From Tubulanus polymorphus (taxonomy: Eukaryota; Animalia; Nemertea), in NCBI RefSeq assembly GCF_964204645.1, contig NC_134026.1, positions 11,245,950 through 11,309,949 on the forward strand: a DNA stretch of 64,000 bases, read 5' to 3'. The stretch's first letter is position 1; each line of letters starts with the position of its first letter. The position numbers were made by a program, and so were the translations under genes. The notes under the pieces were generated by a model that saw only the letters and a list, made by a program, of their open reading frames with translations, was not told where the DNA came from and did not search any database. Positions 26,443 through 40,571 of the stretch are shown here, piece by piece.

Positions 26443-27520
26443 CTTTTGTCTTTTCAATAATGAATTTTGAATGAATGTGTCCTACGTTATAAATATTGGG
26501 GCTTGGGAAGACTGGTAACGGGTTAATTCAATTCAGTTGTTGATAAATTGAAATCCAAAATAACTGTATTGACCCATAATATTATATCATACAATTTCAA
26601 TAGAATGAGGCAATAAGTTATTTTTCTTCTGCTCAATGCTTCAATTGAATTTCAAGCTAGTTTTCTTGTTGAATAAACCTTTTAAGTCTAGGGTAATGAT
26701 GCATAGGTATTTGCGATGAAATGTGGAATTTATGTCCTATCGATTCATCACGGATATTGTGATTTTAGTGGTTCATAACGCATTTAAATGCTGCATTTGC
26801 TTGAACTCTGAAACGCCTTTTCTCCAGTTTTACTCTGTCACTCCGTTACCAAGGAGACATATTCATATTAAACATACCGAGCATTCATATTCGTTTTTAT
26901 ATACAAATTTTAGCTTTTCGTCCAGCAAGGCAAGATGGTATGTTTTCGATAGTTATCTTAAAGCTTTGGTCCATCAATTGACAAAGGGGTGCTATACTGC
27001 GATCAATACTGCAATCAACAAGCAAAGCGCCTGGACGCAGTGAAGGGTAGCATTAGCCAATAACTTCAAATAAATAAGAGCTTCTATTAGTTTCCCAGGA
27101 TTTTTAAGTCTTTATGTGTTTTGTTTTCCCAATTTCGATTAGGATAGCACAACTAAAAACGGGTTTACCGTAGAATATCCTCAAAATACCAAACGGTCCG
27201 ACGATGATCAATATTGGTGCTGCAATTTTAATGTTTGCATTTTTTGAAGGTAAATGTTAGTTCAATGGAAAATTACGATAACTAAGTAAATAGGAACTAG
27301 TACGGAGCTATTGCATGCAGAATACGATGATGACAAGTTCCTTCCGTTTACATGAAACCTCGAGAATCCGTTGGTTCCCCAGTACGTTTAATTGAATACG
27401 TAATACATCTAGAAAATAATGTTGACTCACAGTATAAACGCTTTTTGAGGAAATCCTACAACAAAGAAACGTTTCAATCTAAATATACAGAAAATTATAT
27501 ATTCATTCGGAATATATATT

Positions 27521-29893
27521 TAGGGTTTCTGCTGCTTCGCAGAAACCTCGTGTTAATTCTCGTGATTATTACCTTTTCACCTTCCAGGCATATTTTTTTC
27601 ATCAAATGTATCTCCTCTCCGATTCGACTACTACTAACAGCTTATAAACGTAATTTTCAATTCTGACAGAAATATAACTCAGCGTCTGACCATTTAAATT
27701 TGCGTGTAGTAATTTATTATGAATTAATCCCGTGTAATTACCGGGTCTTAACAGCGACAAGAATAACGCAAAGCATTGTTATCCATCGACAAAAGTACAT
27801 CACGAAAAGCCTACAAATTACCGGACGACCTCGAGCGACAAACTCAACCGTTAAATCACGGATTCAGACTTACAATTAGTCCGGATTCGTCATTTACCGC
27901 GAACAATATACAGCCGATATGCAACAAGTGTCTTATTAATGAAATAACATGTCAGATGGTTGAAATCATTTTCGGCTAGAATTAAATTTGTCGCAAATGT
28001 ATGGCAAGTTTTTGGACTTTAATGGACTATGATCCCTACAATGAGTCAATTGATTAATTCCATTCGTAAATCAATTTACGTTGGCTACATTTCCTGAAGA
28101 TTTCTGGCTAAAAATCAACGTAATATGGACAAAATGGTAGGGATTTTCATATGGAATTTTACTTCCGCGTTCACTTGACGACTCGGATCGATGACAACGA
28201 CAGCAGAGTTTATGTAATTTAAGGTGAGAATCCATTAACCAGGGAATGTTAGACGTGATTTCTTGGTCTAAGTGCAGTTAAGGTCACCTTTCTTGGTCTA
28301 ACTGCAGTTGAGGTCACCTTTCCACTGGGTGGTGCTATGATATGAGTACATATGGTAGCAAATGAGTACTCGGCGAAGCAATGATCATTATTGGCTACCA
28401 TCTTAGTGCCTAGCTTTTTGGGAGAATACGCCTAGAATATATTTAGGCCCTTAATGTAGTGTGTAGAGCCAATGGAAAGCCTAAGTAGTTAGTAAGGGGC
28501 TGGTTTACACTCATGTATACGACTATTTATTTCGATTACTTTCTTTCCAGCTATTATTCGTGGAATGAACTGGTCACTACGGTCTTCAATTCCTTTGCGG
28601 ATTCTTGCAGCTGGTGGGAATATATTTAAACAACAGTGTGCATGTGTACGTTTCAAATCAAGCTTTTAGTCATTTGCAGTCAAAGCCGTAACTTATGCGC
28701 AACTGTCTCAGATGCTGTAAGTACTTGACGTTTTGTGCAATTGTTTTTTCTAATGCCATGTTTGAAATTATTTGGATTAGTAATCAGTCGTGCTAACGTA
28801 CATGCAGAATTTGATTCATTGTTATTATGGGATGATAATTCATAAGCATCAAGAGTCCTACGACATACCCTTGATATGAAGCTTTTAAAAGTTTATCAGA
28901 GACTTAAAACCAGAGCAGAAAGCATTCAGCAATTTAAAAAATCCTTAACTCATAATCAAATTCTGTGAAGTCAGTTAAGGACTTTTGCTGGAATCAAGTT
29001 GAGTGCTCAGGTGCCTAAAATTCAATTCTTTAATGTCCCTGTAATGCCGAGTACGATGGAGTTAACACACTGAAAAACATTGGGCTGTGTAAGTGATTTA
29101 AGTGAGCAATATGATGACCACCCTGCCACGCTGAAACTGAGACGAAAACAAGTAAGACTGCATTGCTTCGTTGCTTTGACAAACTGACTCCTAAGCAAGA
29201 TGACCTTCCAAATCGAATGTAAAATAGAGCTGTAAAGCAGCAATTAACGGGTTTTCTGACACTTTACATACATGTGACCTGAAGGGATTCATTGCTTGGA
29301 ATTTCATCAGTTATTAATTCATAATAATATTGATAATAGTGCTTTATTGGCGATCTACAACTTTACATATGTACGTATTCAAATATTTCAATAAAACAGC
29401 TGTCTTTTATCGAATTAACAGAGATATATTCTTATCTCTGTTTAACGTCAACTCATCAGAATAAGATTGAGTTCTTGATAGAACAAATCAAGATCTTCAA
29501 TGATGTGATATTATCGAAATGCTTCACGAATGTATGTTGAAATCAATTAGCATTTATCGAGTACAGGTGGTTCAATTCAGTTTCAAAGCTGGATCACATA
29601 AAAAAACACGGTATAAGAACATATACACATAAGTGCCATATGCCAACGGTTACGATTAGTTCATGCAACTCCCAACGGAACTATGAAAGCGCCAAACAAT
29701 TAAGGTACAACAGTTCCTTTTACGTGGTAGCTCTTGTGGATCCACATATCCCGGATATGTGTCGCGCTCCTTAAAAATAGTCGCATGTTATGAACTGATA
29801 AGAATTATTTTGGTGAAATCTTTGTGCGCTTCCCAGTGCGACATTTAAACCAGCAAGGCAGAAACCCATTGTCGATGCTTTGCAGCTATATTT
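27521..29893 (+). mobile_element. Apparently complete HINE-like non-autonomous Helentron (about 2.4 kb)
   Basis: 5' hairpin GGTTTCTGC-tgcttc-GCAGAAACC (27524-27547); 3' subTIR GCAGAAACCC (29858-29867) plus hairpin and tatattt; T-rich flanks, no TSD; 28186-29893 recurs inverted at 41709-43742. Confidence 0.75.
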
Positions 29894-29983
29894 GCATTAC
29901 TAATTATTGTGTATATTTATTGGGTGTATATACCGAGGTTTGGGGAGATTTGTCAAACCAGTATATGACACCAGCATGTGACA

Positions 29984-31672
29984 CTATTCTCACTACGTGG
30001 CGCTGCGGACAGACGGAAGAAAACAGTTTGACTTTGGTTTTTCTCGCTGCCGGACGTGCTTTAACGGTTGTGATGGTTCACAGTTTGGCTTTGATCTGTG
30101 AGCGTTTACTTATGTGAACTGTGCGCCTACCTGTGCAGTGTATGGAAGTCTAGTGTATTTGGTGCCTGCTGTGTGCGGGCTGGAGGGCTGTGTGCCCCGG
30201 AGTCTACTGCGTGTGGACTAGAGGCTATGTGCCTCGCAGGACTGCGTGTCCTGTTTGCCTGCTGTGTGCAGGCTGGAGGGCTGTGTGCCCCGGAGTCCAC
30301 TGTGTGTGGATTACAGGCTGTGTGCCTCGCAGACTGTGTGTCCTGTGTGTGAGAAAAGAATGGAAGAATCGTTACGTTTAAAAGAAAAATAAATAGCAAT
30401 AATGAATTATGAATTTTAGGGCAGAGCAAACTCGAGAGGTCATGGTTGTTGGTTCTCATTATTCTTAGTGTATTTTGGTATACTTCGCCCCACTATTATG
30501 AGATTTATCGGTCAGGCAGTTCGTCTATTATTTCGGTTTTCTGATCTATTTCGGCGATTTTATTTAGCGCATTTTCGTTTCCGTGGAGAGTTTAGTCGCA
30601 ATCAACGCATGATTTAGTTTGCTCCGTTCGTGCGGCACGCGTGGCAAATATACCCTACATTTATAGTTATATGCGAGCCTTTTGACTTCTCAGATTTTAG
30701 CATGTTCTTTGATTTGTTTATGGCTGGTCAGCTTCTTGTTGCGTTTGTCCTTGTATTCCACGGGTCTTACTTGTTGATAAATATATTTTACCGTTTTTGA
30801 GGTGGTAATAGCCGATTTGTAAAGGATTTGAGCGTCTTAACCGGTTGATTGTTTACGCTGGTAATAAAGTTAGATCGTCTATCAGAATTTCAATTTGTTG
30901 TTTCATTGTGTCCTGTTTTCAATTCCCTAGCCGCGGGCCTCTTGGTGTTCGTAGTCATGGATTAGTAGTCATTGGTTTAGTTTACCCCTTTTAGTTGCCT
31001 TTGGGATACGGTACGATCTGTTTTGAGGGTGTGGATTCTAATTCCGGCGACGATTGTGATTACTGTTGGGTAACTTTTGAGGGGTTGCTTTTCCTTCCCT
31101 CTGGTCATGTTAACCGCGGCCGATAATGCTTATAAACCATTGTACGTTATATTTCATCTATGAGCGATTAGGGAAGTTCGGTCCCGTAGGGCTTTTACAT
31201 ATGTTCTCAATATTGCTTCTTTGCGCTTGCTGTTTAGATCTTTTGTTATACTCCCCTTATGGTTTGGGTTTGGGTTTTGGGATGTTAGTTTTGGTTTTTT
31301 TTGCAATGCCTTTTCGGAGTGTTTGGGGGCCGTCGCTTGGGTGGCAACGGTTTTTCCCGTATTTACATATCTCTGCAGTATGTCCCCACAACAGGGAGTG
31401 AGAATATTATACTACTCTCACTACGTGGCGCTGCGGACAGACGGATGAAGTCAGTTTGGCTTAGGTTGAGTTGGTTAGGCCAGCTGTGCTGTTGAGTGGA
31501 GTTCATTAGTCCAGGGGAATCAGTACAAAAAACAGGAAAGTCATGGTAGGTTCTCGCTCCTTTGTGCGAGCATGCTGCGTTCCCGGGTTGTATCTATATA
31601 TCTCTGCAGTATCTATATATCTATATATCTCTGCAGTATGTCCGCACAACAGGGAGTGAGAATATTATACTA
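29984..31672. mobile_element. Unclassified element with A...BA...B repeat architecture
   Basis: A = ctcactacgtggcgctgcggacagacgga at 29989 and 31417; B = atatctctgcagtatgtcc.cacaacagggagtgagaatattatacta at about 31367 and 31625; internal about 93-bp tandem at 30164-30350. Confidence 0.75.
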
Positions 31673-34600
31673 TGACGATAGAGTATTCAGGGAATATGCC
31701 TTTATTGTGAAGTAAATGAAAAAAAAAGACAGGACTAAGCTCAATTAATTAGTCTGGGTGAGGTCGTAATGAAAGAGGACGGAAAAAAGAGTACCGAAAC
31801 GTAATATTCGTGGTTGCTTGGTGATTGTTTAAATATCATGGATATATACCTATTTTTGTATGTTTTGTCCATTGAAGATGATTCGATTCCACGGAAATTG
31901 AATAAGATGCACGCTCGCCGCACTCAACGCTCCATCCAGCACCAATACGCATGTGCAATTACTCGAAAACCGATGACAACGGTTAGCACATCGATTTTAG
32001 CAAGGGAAATGGCCCGAGTGTAGAATACGGGGTAACAGTGCAAGGGTGTAGGAACATATTCCATACGTTGGTAGTGATTCAGCTTTTCACTTTCGAAGAC
32101 CTACCGATTGTACAGCAGGTAATGGTATGCTGGGCGACTCGATGACTGGGCGACTGGTTGATTTGACGACTCGTCGACTGAATGACTGGATCACTGAATG
32201 GCCGACTAAATGACATTACCACCATCCTCATCTCCTTCAGCATAACTGCCATCATCACAGTTGTCTCCACCATCTGCGTCTCCTCCATCACCTCCCGCAT
32301 CACTACCATCTTTTCCAGCATACCCACCATAACCATCATCACTCACTTCACCACCATGTCATCAACACGATTGAGCATTGATAACACCATTTCAGATATA
32401 TTTCGGCTGTGCGGTGACTTTTAGTTTTGATTTAGCATCAATGAACTGTCAGTTTGTAGTATTTTTATATCATTTTATCTTATACGTATATACAATATAT
32501 CACGTTATACGCTAATTTGCGTGCTCGTGATATCCGTATTATACTGTAAAGTAAGATATGAATAAATTGAATTTATATCAATGTGAATAAATTGATCTAA
32601 AGATTGTATATATACTTGCACTCCATTTAAATGGCTTTTTACCGCTAACGGCTCGCGCTTATTTCATACTGATGTAAAGCGCACTGATTACAACTTGCGA
32701 AAGTGCGGTGTGAGAAAATAGTTTATCATTATTATCAAATATGAATGTGCAGTTAAAAACAGTTTATTTGATTGATGATATTATTTGATCAGTGGTTATA
32801 GCGTTTCTCAGAAGACATACTGTTTGGCTACAGGTTGCAAAAGGAGTTAGGGAACTGGCGAGATGAGCGTTTAACATTGTTAGCAAATGAATATCACAAT
32901 TTGCTGATGTATTGATTTTGAAATCGTCACATTCAACTGCACGCTGATGAATATCAAATGCATATATGAATCTCGAATACCAAAACACATGCACACATTG
33001 ATTCTCTGTTTCCTTATTTCAATTATAATTAATCATTTTGAGTCGATTTAATTGGCAGGATAGCGACCTAACGCGTTTGTGCCCGCATTCCGCTAGCCCC
33101 CAACCTTCCCTGCGTTGATCGGTTAATCGACCAAGAAAGAATTCAATTTACGTCAAGAAAACGTAAGATGCATTCTCACAACCATTTCAATGATTACTGT
33201 ATTGAACTTATAACCTACTATAGCATGCTAAGGTCACTCAATCCTAAGCTAGATTGTGAGACGTGTTTTAACTAAATGGTCACTCGAGCAATTAAATGGT
33301 TGTATCAAATTGGAAAAATCTGCCTTGTTCTGAGCTACGTAATGCACGTTGAAAATCAATATTATAACATATTAAAATTCTATTCGAATCTCTCTTATCA
33401 CTCGTGACCTTACGCGCATTTCAATATAATAAGTATACTTGTAATACTAGTTTTCAGAGAATAAATAAGAAATACATACAAGAATTAAATTCCAATTCAA
33501 AATCATAAAATTAATTAAGAATTCGATTTTTCTTTCAATTTTTCATTTTTCGACCCGCTGCGCTTCAATCTCGACGTATTTCACAGAATTAGATTGTTTA
33601 GGTTAGTGGTAATAACAAAGTTGACAGCTTCAGTTTACGCACAAATACGAATACGTCCCGCGTACACGTTTTCTGTTCTTGACAACCCATAACGCTACGT
33701 GCGGGGCTTTCACATGGGTGTGTGTTGAGAACAGGGTTCGGGCTACGATACTCGTCTCCAAGGCCGTAAAAACCCGGTCATCGGTTATAATGGCAAGTTT
33801 TCATACTTCAAAACGAAATAGACTTATTTTACACAGTTTTGAATGTAATATTTTTTAGGTTTAGGAAATTACAATTGATATAATTTGTTGCAAAAGCAGA
33901 ATCGACTGTTGTCACAAATGCTTTTTTTAATCGACACCCCGTAAAAAATGCCCGAAAATGGTGTTATACGTGTGGTTTCTAAAAGGATGTGTAGATACCT
34001 CGGCATTTTGTTTATGTCGTGACCATAAATCTCTAGTCATCAAAGTAAAATATGTTGTTAATGCATTCTAACTCAGACGATTTAATTCTGCGATTGAAAA
34101 GAAGGAATTAAGTGGCCGCCGGTGGAAAACACATACGTAAGATTAGATATACGACGATTAAACTCAGTGCGAAAAGTGGGATTCAAATCATAGCCCGTGG
34201 AAAAAAAAACATACAACTTAATTCAAAAACGATTTAATTCCGTGATATAAATCAGAATAAAATCGCCGCCTGTCGTAAAAAATAAAATTATATCTGAAAA
34301 ACTTCAATTTTATTGACTAATAATTGATTAATTCAGTCAGCAGCGTCACTGATTCCTTGGAGATCATAGTTTATAAGATACAATTATGCAATTATGCACA
34401 AATTATCATGTGCTTCATTGGTTCTCTAGGCCAGGTCAACAAATCGGCCAGCAAAGCACCACGCATGCACCGATTAATGGCTGGGCGAGGAAATCAGCCT
34501 CAATTTATAACCATCATTAGTGATTTAATGACATTATTGCTTGGTGGGGGGGGGGGGGGGCGTACAGGCCTATGGTAATAAATTGGACAAAAACTGGTTA

Positions 34601-35570
34601 GGGCGCATCCAAGTCAGATGATTTCGCTATGGTACTTCAGATAGAAACCGAAGCACGGCAGAGAACGAGTCTTCTCGTATCATTTCGTAAATAAGGCAAT
34701 GATAATGATATCACGTTTGAATAAATCCATCAGAGCTTAGCTAATACATTTTCGATATATGCGTATAACCGATTACATCTAGCCATCTAGCTCGGCCATC
34801 AAACAAGAACTCCGAGGGTCTTTAGGTCGTTGGAGATGATAAAATGTCGACAAAGCTCCAATGGCTTTTTTGTGAGCCGATGGTGAAATTTGAGCATTTG
34901 TAGTAGAATAGTGTGTTCGCGGCATTTATCGCCCCGAAGGTTTCCAGTCAGTCAGTCAGGCAGGTCGTTGTATTTTCAACGTCAGAATGATGTTATATCA
35001 GAACTGCATGCAGAACAAACGCACTAAATTTACTTTAAGTCGGTAAAATCGTCACCATGGTATAGAGATTGAGCTATGTCGCATAAGTCGTAGTTTTCAT
35101 CCAGAAGCTTAAATATCCAACTTTCTCATGTCCTATACCAAGTGAATTACACATGGTTTACTGTAAATCATTCATGCGCGCTGAAATTTGAAATGATGTC
35201 AGTATAAATACGTCTATGACATTTCTGTATACAATTATTGCTAATATTGCAGACGCATGAACCGATGGAATACATCGATTAATACGGGTCATAACCTCGC
35301 GAAATACTCCCGATAATTACAAGACGAGACGATCGCGAATCTCTCATGTTGAAATGACTCGCGAATAACATTTTACATCAATAATTCAGACGATAAAACG
35401 TGACCAATGAATTTATCTCTCGATAAACCTTTCAGGTATTTCTAACATCAGTAATTCTATGTATAAACTCGGCTCGATTCTTGAATGCGCGTCCATAGCG
35501 AACTGAACAAAATATAGCGGGTTTTCTATACAGCTGCGACAACTGACATGCGAAATGAAAAGAGTGATAG

Positions 35571-35705
35571 AAAATATAGCTGCAACGCAGCGATTATAGG
35601 TTTTCCGCCTTGCGGGTTTAAACGTCGTACTAGAAAGCGCACACAGATTTCTCCGAAATTAGTCGCTTAGTGGACAACACGTATTTGGATATGTGGATCC
35701 ATTTG
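35571..35705 (-). mobile_element. HINE-like 3' end fragment
   Basis: aaatatagctgcaacgcagcgattataggttttccgccttgcgggtttaaacgtcgtact...; reverse complement resembles 29735-29893. Confidence 0.75.
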
Positions 35706-38279
35706 GGCTAATACATACCACAACAAGAGCCCCAAGGAGCACTGTGGTCAGTCTGTCGGTTTTCATAAACTGGCAAATGATGCATTGATTCTGTGGTGTA
35801 TATTTGCGACACTACTCACCCCGCCCAGGGTCAATACCTATAATGTACACAGTACAATCGTGTTTTCATAAGTTGCACAGATGGGGAGCTGGCAGGAACA
35901 AATAACTCGGAACAATCTTTTCCCTTTGGTTTTATTGATTTGAATGCGGAATAGAATTGGATTTTCTGAAATTTGTTCAATAGAACAAAATTCAATAAGA
36001 TTTGATTTAATGTTTTATTTGTTCAATATAGAAAAATTGAATTAGATTTGATATTTCATTTTGCAGAATAAAATTTGATTGAATTTGCAGTTCGAGCACA
36101 TGGCTAATTAGCATATCAAGGACATTCATCCGATTTGACAAAAAGCTATTTTTCCCGGACTTTGCGTTATTGAGATATTAAGATATTTTCTGTAGTGCAA
36201 ATAAAAATATTCCTCCTAAAAACCAAAACAACTTAAGATTTCATATAAATCGGGCTTGAAATACAATTTTAAATCTTAAAATAAAACCTGGGAGTAAAAC
36301 AGTTGACAATACCGCGGGTTCACGTGAACTTAAAAAACAACAAACAATACACCAAAAAACCCCTGGATAAAATAAAGGCATAAATCAATCGATCTACAAC
36401 AAAGATAAATAAATACATACACCTAATGTCGATCTTATATACATACAAAGTTATATAAAAGAATACAAGGGTACTGTTATACACAAGTGTCATCATGGGC
36501 GCAAAGACTAGTGTTAAGCTCTAGTCTGTACGTCCATGGTGATATTCATGTTGTAATAATAGGGCAGGGTCTTGGAGAAGCGAAATAATGCTTATGTATG
36601 CAAGGCCCCTTTCATTCATACCACACTCAGATGTACGCATGCACGCGGAAAACCCTACATCACCTCAAAATGTTCTTTCAAACATCTGGCGAAAACTACC
36701 TTTTTTCCAATGACCTACAAACAAGCAAACAAAATTCAAAACGTTAACTCAGACCCTACACCTCCGCCTGCAATGATATCGATCTACGTAATAACCCTAA
36801 TTGTTATTTTCTAGCTTACTTATATAAACTCTTCTGAAATTTACGAAAATTATCAACACTTATTTCCTTTCCCTTTGTCTCTTCATTTTCCTTTCGTTGT
36901 TTTCCTGCTTAAGGCTTTGCTCTCCCTCTCTCCCTCCACACTGCGTTATTCCCTTTGAATGATCCGTGTCTTAGATGGTCGATTTCTGAATACAAAGTGT
37001 TGTTCTTAAGGGCGGCAGCAATGCACGCAGTCATTCTAAGCATCTAACACAGTTCTTTATATTTTCTTGGAATACATTTACGTATTTAAGATTTGAATTT
37101 AAATTGATTGCGACGAAGATAAGCAGCACGCGGGGATTCCCCATTACCCGGTTCAAGTTCCATTCCTCATTCCTCACTTGGCAGAATGGCAGAAGTTCCT
37201 ATGGCAATGAACTGAAATCGACCATGTTAACGGGTCAAAAGTGCTTCCATACTTACGTCAAAACACAGAGTATTCTGCAGATAGTGATGTGTTCAGGAGA
37301 TTCCGTTGATCGGAAATGGTTTTAAGCGTGCAAGTTAACGCTTTCAACTTCTAGGTGTATTTAGTTCCGATAAACACATTTCATCAATAAATTTCATCAC
37401 ACATCAAGTTAAACAAAAACTGGGAAATCGTATCACGTACCTCTCGGCCACCGTGTCTAGACAGCAGACGTGATGAATAGTAGCTATTGTAACATGTGCC
37501 GACACAATCAGAAATCAGGCCACGTTCAGGTGAATTCTTCAATCTACCGAGTCGGTATCGGCAATTTCTTCGCAAGATTAATTCGAAGAATACATTTCAA
37601 AGAATTCTACTTTATGTTTTTAGATTGCTATTTCGCTTGACAGGGTTTAAGTGCTATATTTCGCGTAACATCATTCAAGGCTATAGTTATTTCACTCACA
37701 ATATAAATATAACAAACAGTTGTTATAACTTTTGTTTTGACGTTTCGGGAGGATTACTTCGAATCATCTTCAGAGATTTATTTCAAAATGAGATGTAGTT
37801 ACAAAAACTAAGCACGGATGCTAGGTCACACCAGGAACTTGTTCTGAAGGGATCTCAACGGGAGATCAGACAACAGTTTTAACTGAGGAGAAAAACCAGG
37901 ACTTATATAAACGGTTTTTGTACAGTTTGAAATGAGGGTGGATTCTACAATATGTCTATGTTTGATATTAGCGCATGGATAAAGAATCTTACTATTGTCA
38001 AAATCGAATATGTTGTTTTTCCTGTCCCTTGGTTAGGTCACCGCCGCTGGTGAAGCTTACGCTCCCGTTTCATATTACGTATCTTAGAGTAATTAGGAGA
38101 GTTCAGTCATGCAGGCTCGCACCTACAAACTCCAATCTTGCGCTTCTAAGTTCGCTGTTTTGATAAAATGTTCAGCCCTCTTCTTTCTTTTGGGTTTGGG
38201 GTTTGGGATGTTTGTGTAATCGTTTGTCTTCTTGGATTATTTGATGCCATCGCAATGGGAAGTCCGCAATGGAAAGAAA

Positions 38280-38437
38280 AGGGTTTCCTGCAAAATTACA
38301 GAAAACCCTAATAATAAAAATGATAATCATGGGAATTACAAAAGGGTTTTCTGCGAATGCAGCAGAAAATCGCAAAAATCAACAGAAGTACGTACGTACA
38401 AGAGGGTTTTCTACGAAATAACAGAAAACCTTAATAA
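38280..38437 (-). mobile_element. Three stacked HINE-like 5' hairpin termini
   Basis: agggtttcctg...cagaaaaccct, agggttttctgc...gcagaaaatc, agggttttct...agaaaacctt at about 60-bp spacing with dissimilar loops and spacers. Confidence 0.65.
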
Positions 38438-40534
38438 TCCGTTGACTGGTATTTAGTTCAGCCAAACGGGTTTCAGATTTATGAGGAGGGAATCCCCAGT
38501 ATCACCGAGCATTGATAAGAATTTAGAAAAACAAATACTGAGTTTGAGAAGAACATTCTATTATATTCTTGGTGCTATCATTGAGTTTTGCCGATAAGAA
38601 CTGGAAATAAATTTTACCACGTTGGGTCGATATTTGCTTATAATCGACAACTCAATCAAACCAAAGGAAGGTGTTCCAGATACGTAGACGAAAAATGCGA
38701 GAGAAACACGAATATATCAGAATATGACAGAACTCAATACACGTTGCGTGATGAAATACTAGAAAGAAAACATAAAATTGTAATAATTCAATGTTTCACG
38801 AATGAAAAGGTGAGGTACGTACGTAACCTTCTTAGTGATCACCGCGCACAGAAGGTCAAATCTGAGGGTAAGAAATAATCCATGTTATAAAATAATCAAA
38901 AATCATAGGTTTGATATATTGCAAGATGATGCTGAACCCGCAAAAAAACGAGTACCACTGATCATTACAGAAATTGTCGTTGTATAAACGAATAAGAATA
39001 TAATATCTTAGTCGATGTAATGGAAACGTTTATTTCAATCGTTCATTCCTCGTTCCATAGAAATTATGCCGTTTTCGCATGATGCCAAGCTAGAAACTGT
39101 AGTTTTTATATACGTAATGGAAAATGTGTGTAGCAATTAGGTGGCGATTTCCAGGGTCCTCGTAGATCGATTGCGGGATAAATTGTTTATTCGCACGTCG
39201 CAAGGTGCGTCGATAAATGTCTCAAGCGCTCCGGCTTTTCCCCGCAACTACGTAGACATTTTGTACCTGCTAGCGCAACCGTTCAAAATGCGACACCATT
39301 ACTGATGCATACATATTTCAACCCACCTGGATGAATATTGATTATGTCGTTTAAACCAAATAAATCCTCTCTGGGAATATTAACATAGCTATTTGTTCAT
39401 TTTACTCGTCTACTTTTAAAATTCTAGCATGTATATTAACGAAATGTCATGAAATAGTTCAAGGGGATACTTTAGGTGTATATTGAGAGGTTTTTTTCAT
39501 AGCATATATGGAATCACGCAATACTATACAATGATTCTTTCATATCTCCCAGATCGTTCGAGCTGTTCAATCTGTCAAAAGTTCCTACGGTTCAGTTGCC
39601 AACAGTCTAAAGACTTGGTTGCATGAGGGCACTTGGCACTGGCAGGTAGGCCTTTGACAGATACGTGGGATAGACGGTAAAGTTCCTCGAGTAGAGTATT
39701 GCGCTTAAAAGGGTACTAAGCTAACAGTTCCTAGGAAGCAAGGGTATTGTATGAAATTCCTTTATATCAGTAAGTGATGGTATGAACGTTTTATTCCCCA
39801 AATCTTACACTGCCTTTTAGCATCTTTCACTACAAGAAACTGCAAACTAGATTGACTCTTTAATCATCCACTCCGTGTGAAATGAGTGCTCGAAATAATT
39901 CAGCTGGTTTCATTTGAATAATAATTCTACATACAGTAATCCATTTCCGTCGTTGCCGCAGTGTTTAGACGGTTTAAACACGATTTGATTCGGTGAGGAT
40001 CAATACGGCTACTCAACCAGCTAACTGCGCCTGTTTTAATAGGCTCTCCGCGTCGGCCTAATAGACCGAAATTAAACTTAATTACACTCGGAATTTACAG
40101 CCTACAAGGTTTGGTTACAAGACTGTTGATCATTTCTTCAGTAAACCAATTCAATTCGCTTCATAAAGCAAATGCATACATATGAAGTAAAACTAGCTGA
40201 AATATCTGAATTAGTCACGACTTGAAATCATTACCATGCAAGTATTTAGGCTAATTATCATTTTCCACACCTAGGAGTCAATTTACAGTCTAATTCTAAC
40301 TTAAGTCCGATTGACTAATAGTCGCGTTAACCCCTACGTTGGATTAATGAATCCGTGAAACCCCCACGACAGCATGCGTATTTACATCCGTCAATCTCCC
40401 TTCATTGCATTATAAAACCATTATTGGAGTTGCTGCAATCTGCAAAAAAACAGAAACCCTTTTTGCATTTCTGCAGACTCTTTTGTGATTCCCACGTCTA
40501 TTATAGTCTCTGCATTTCTACAGAGCTGTTTTGT

Positions 40535-40571
40535 AAATATAGCTGCACAACAGCTATAACAGGTTTTTTGC
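40535..40571 (-). mobile_element. HINE-like 3' terminus
   Basis: aaatatagctgcacaacagctataacaggttttttgc. Confidence 0.6.

Noticed and set aside
30098-30459. Cys-rich, metallothionein-like ORFs
   Set aside because: Arise from a TG-rich 93-bp tandem repeat inside a mobile element; open in several frames.
32079-32424. Met/Val-rich and Thr/Ile-rich ORFs
   Set aside because: Products of degenerate (CAT/CAC)n low-complexity sequence.
34546-34560. Poly-G run as a G-quadruplex element
   Set aside because: Isolated homopolymer with no supporting context.
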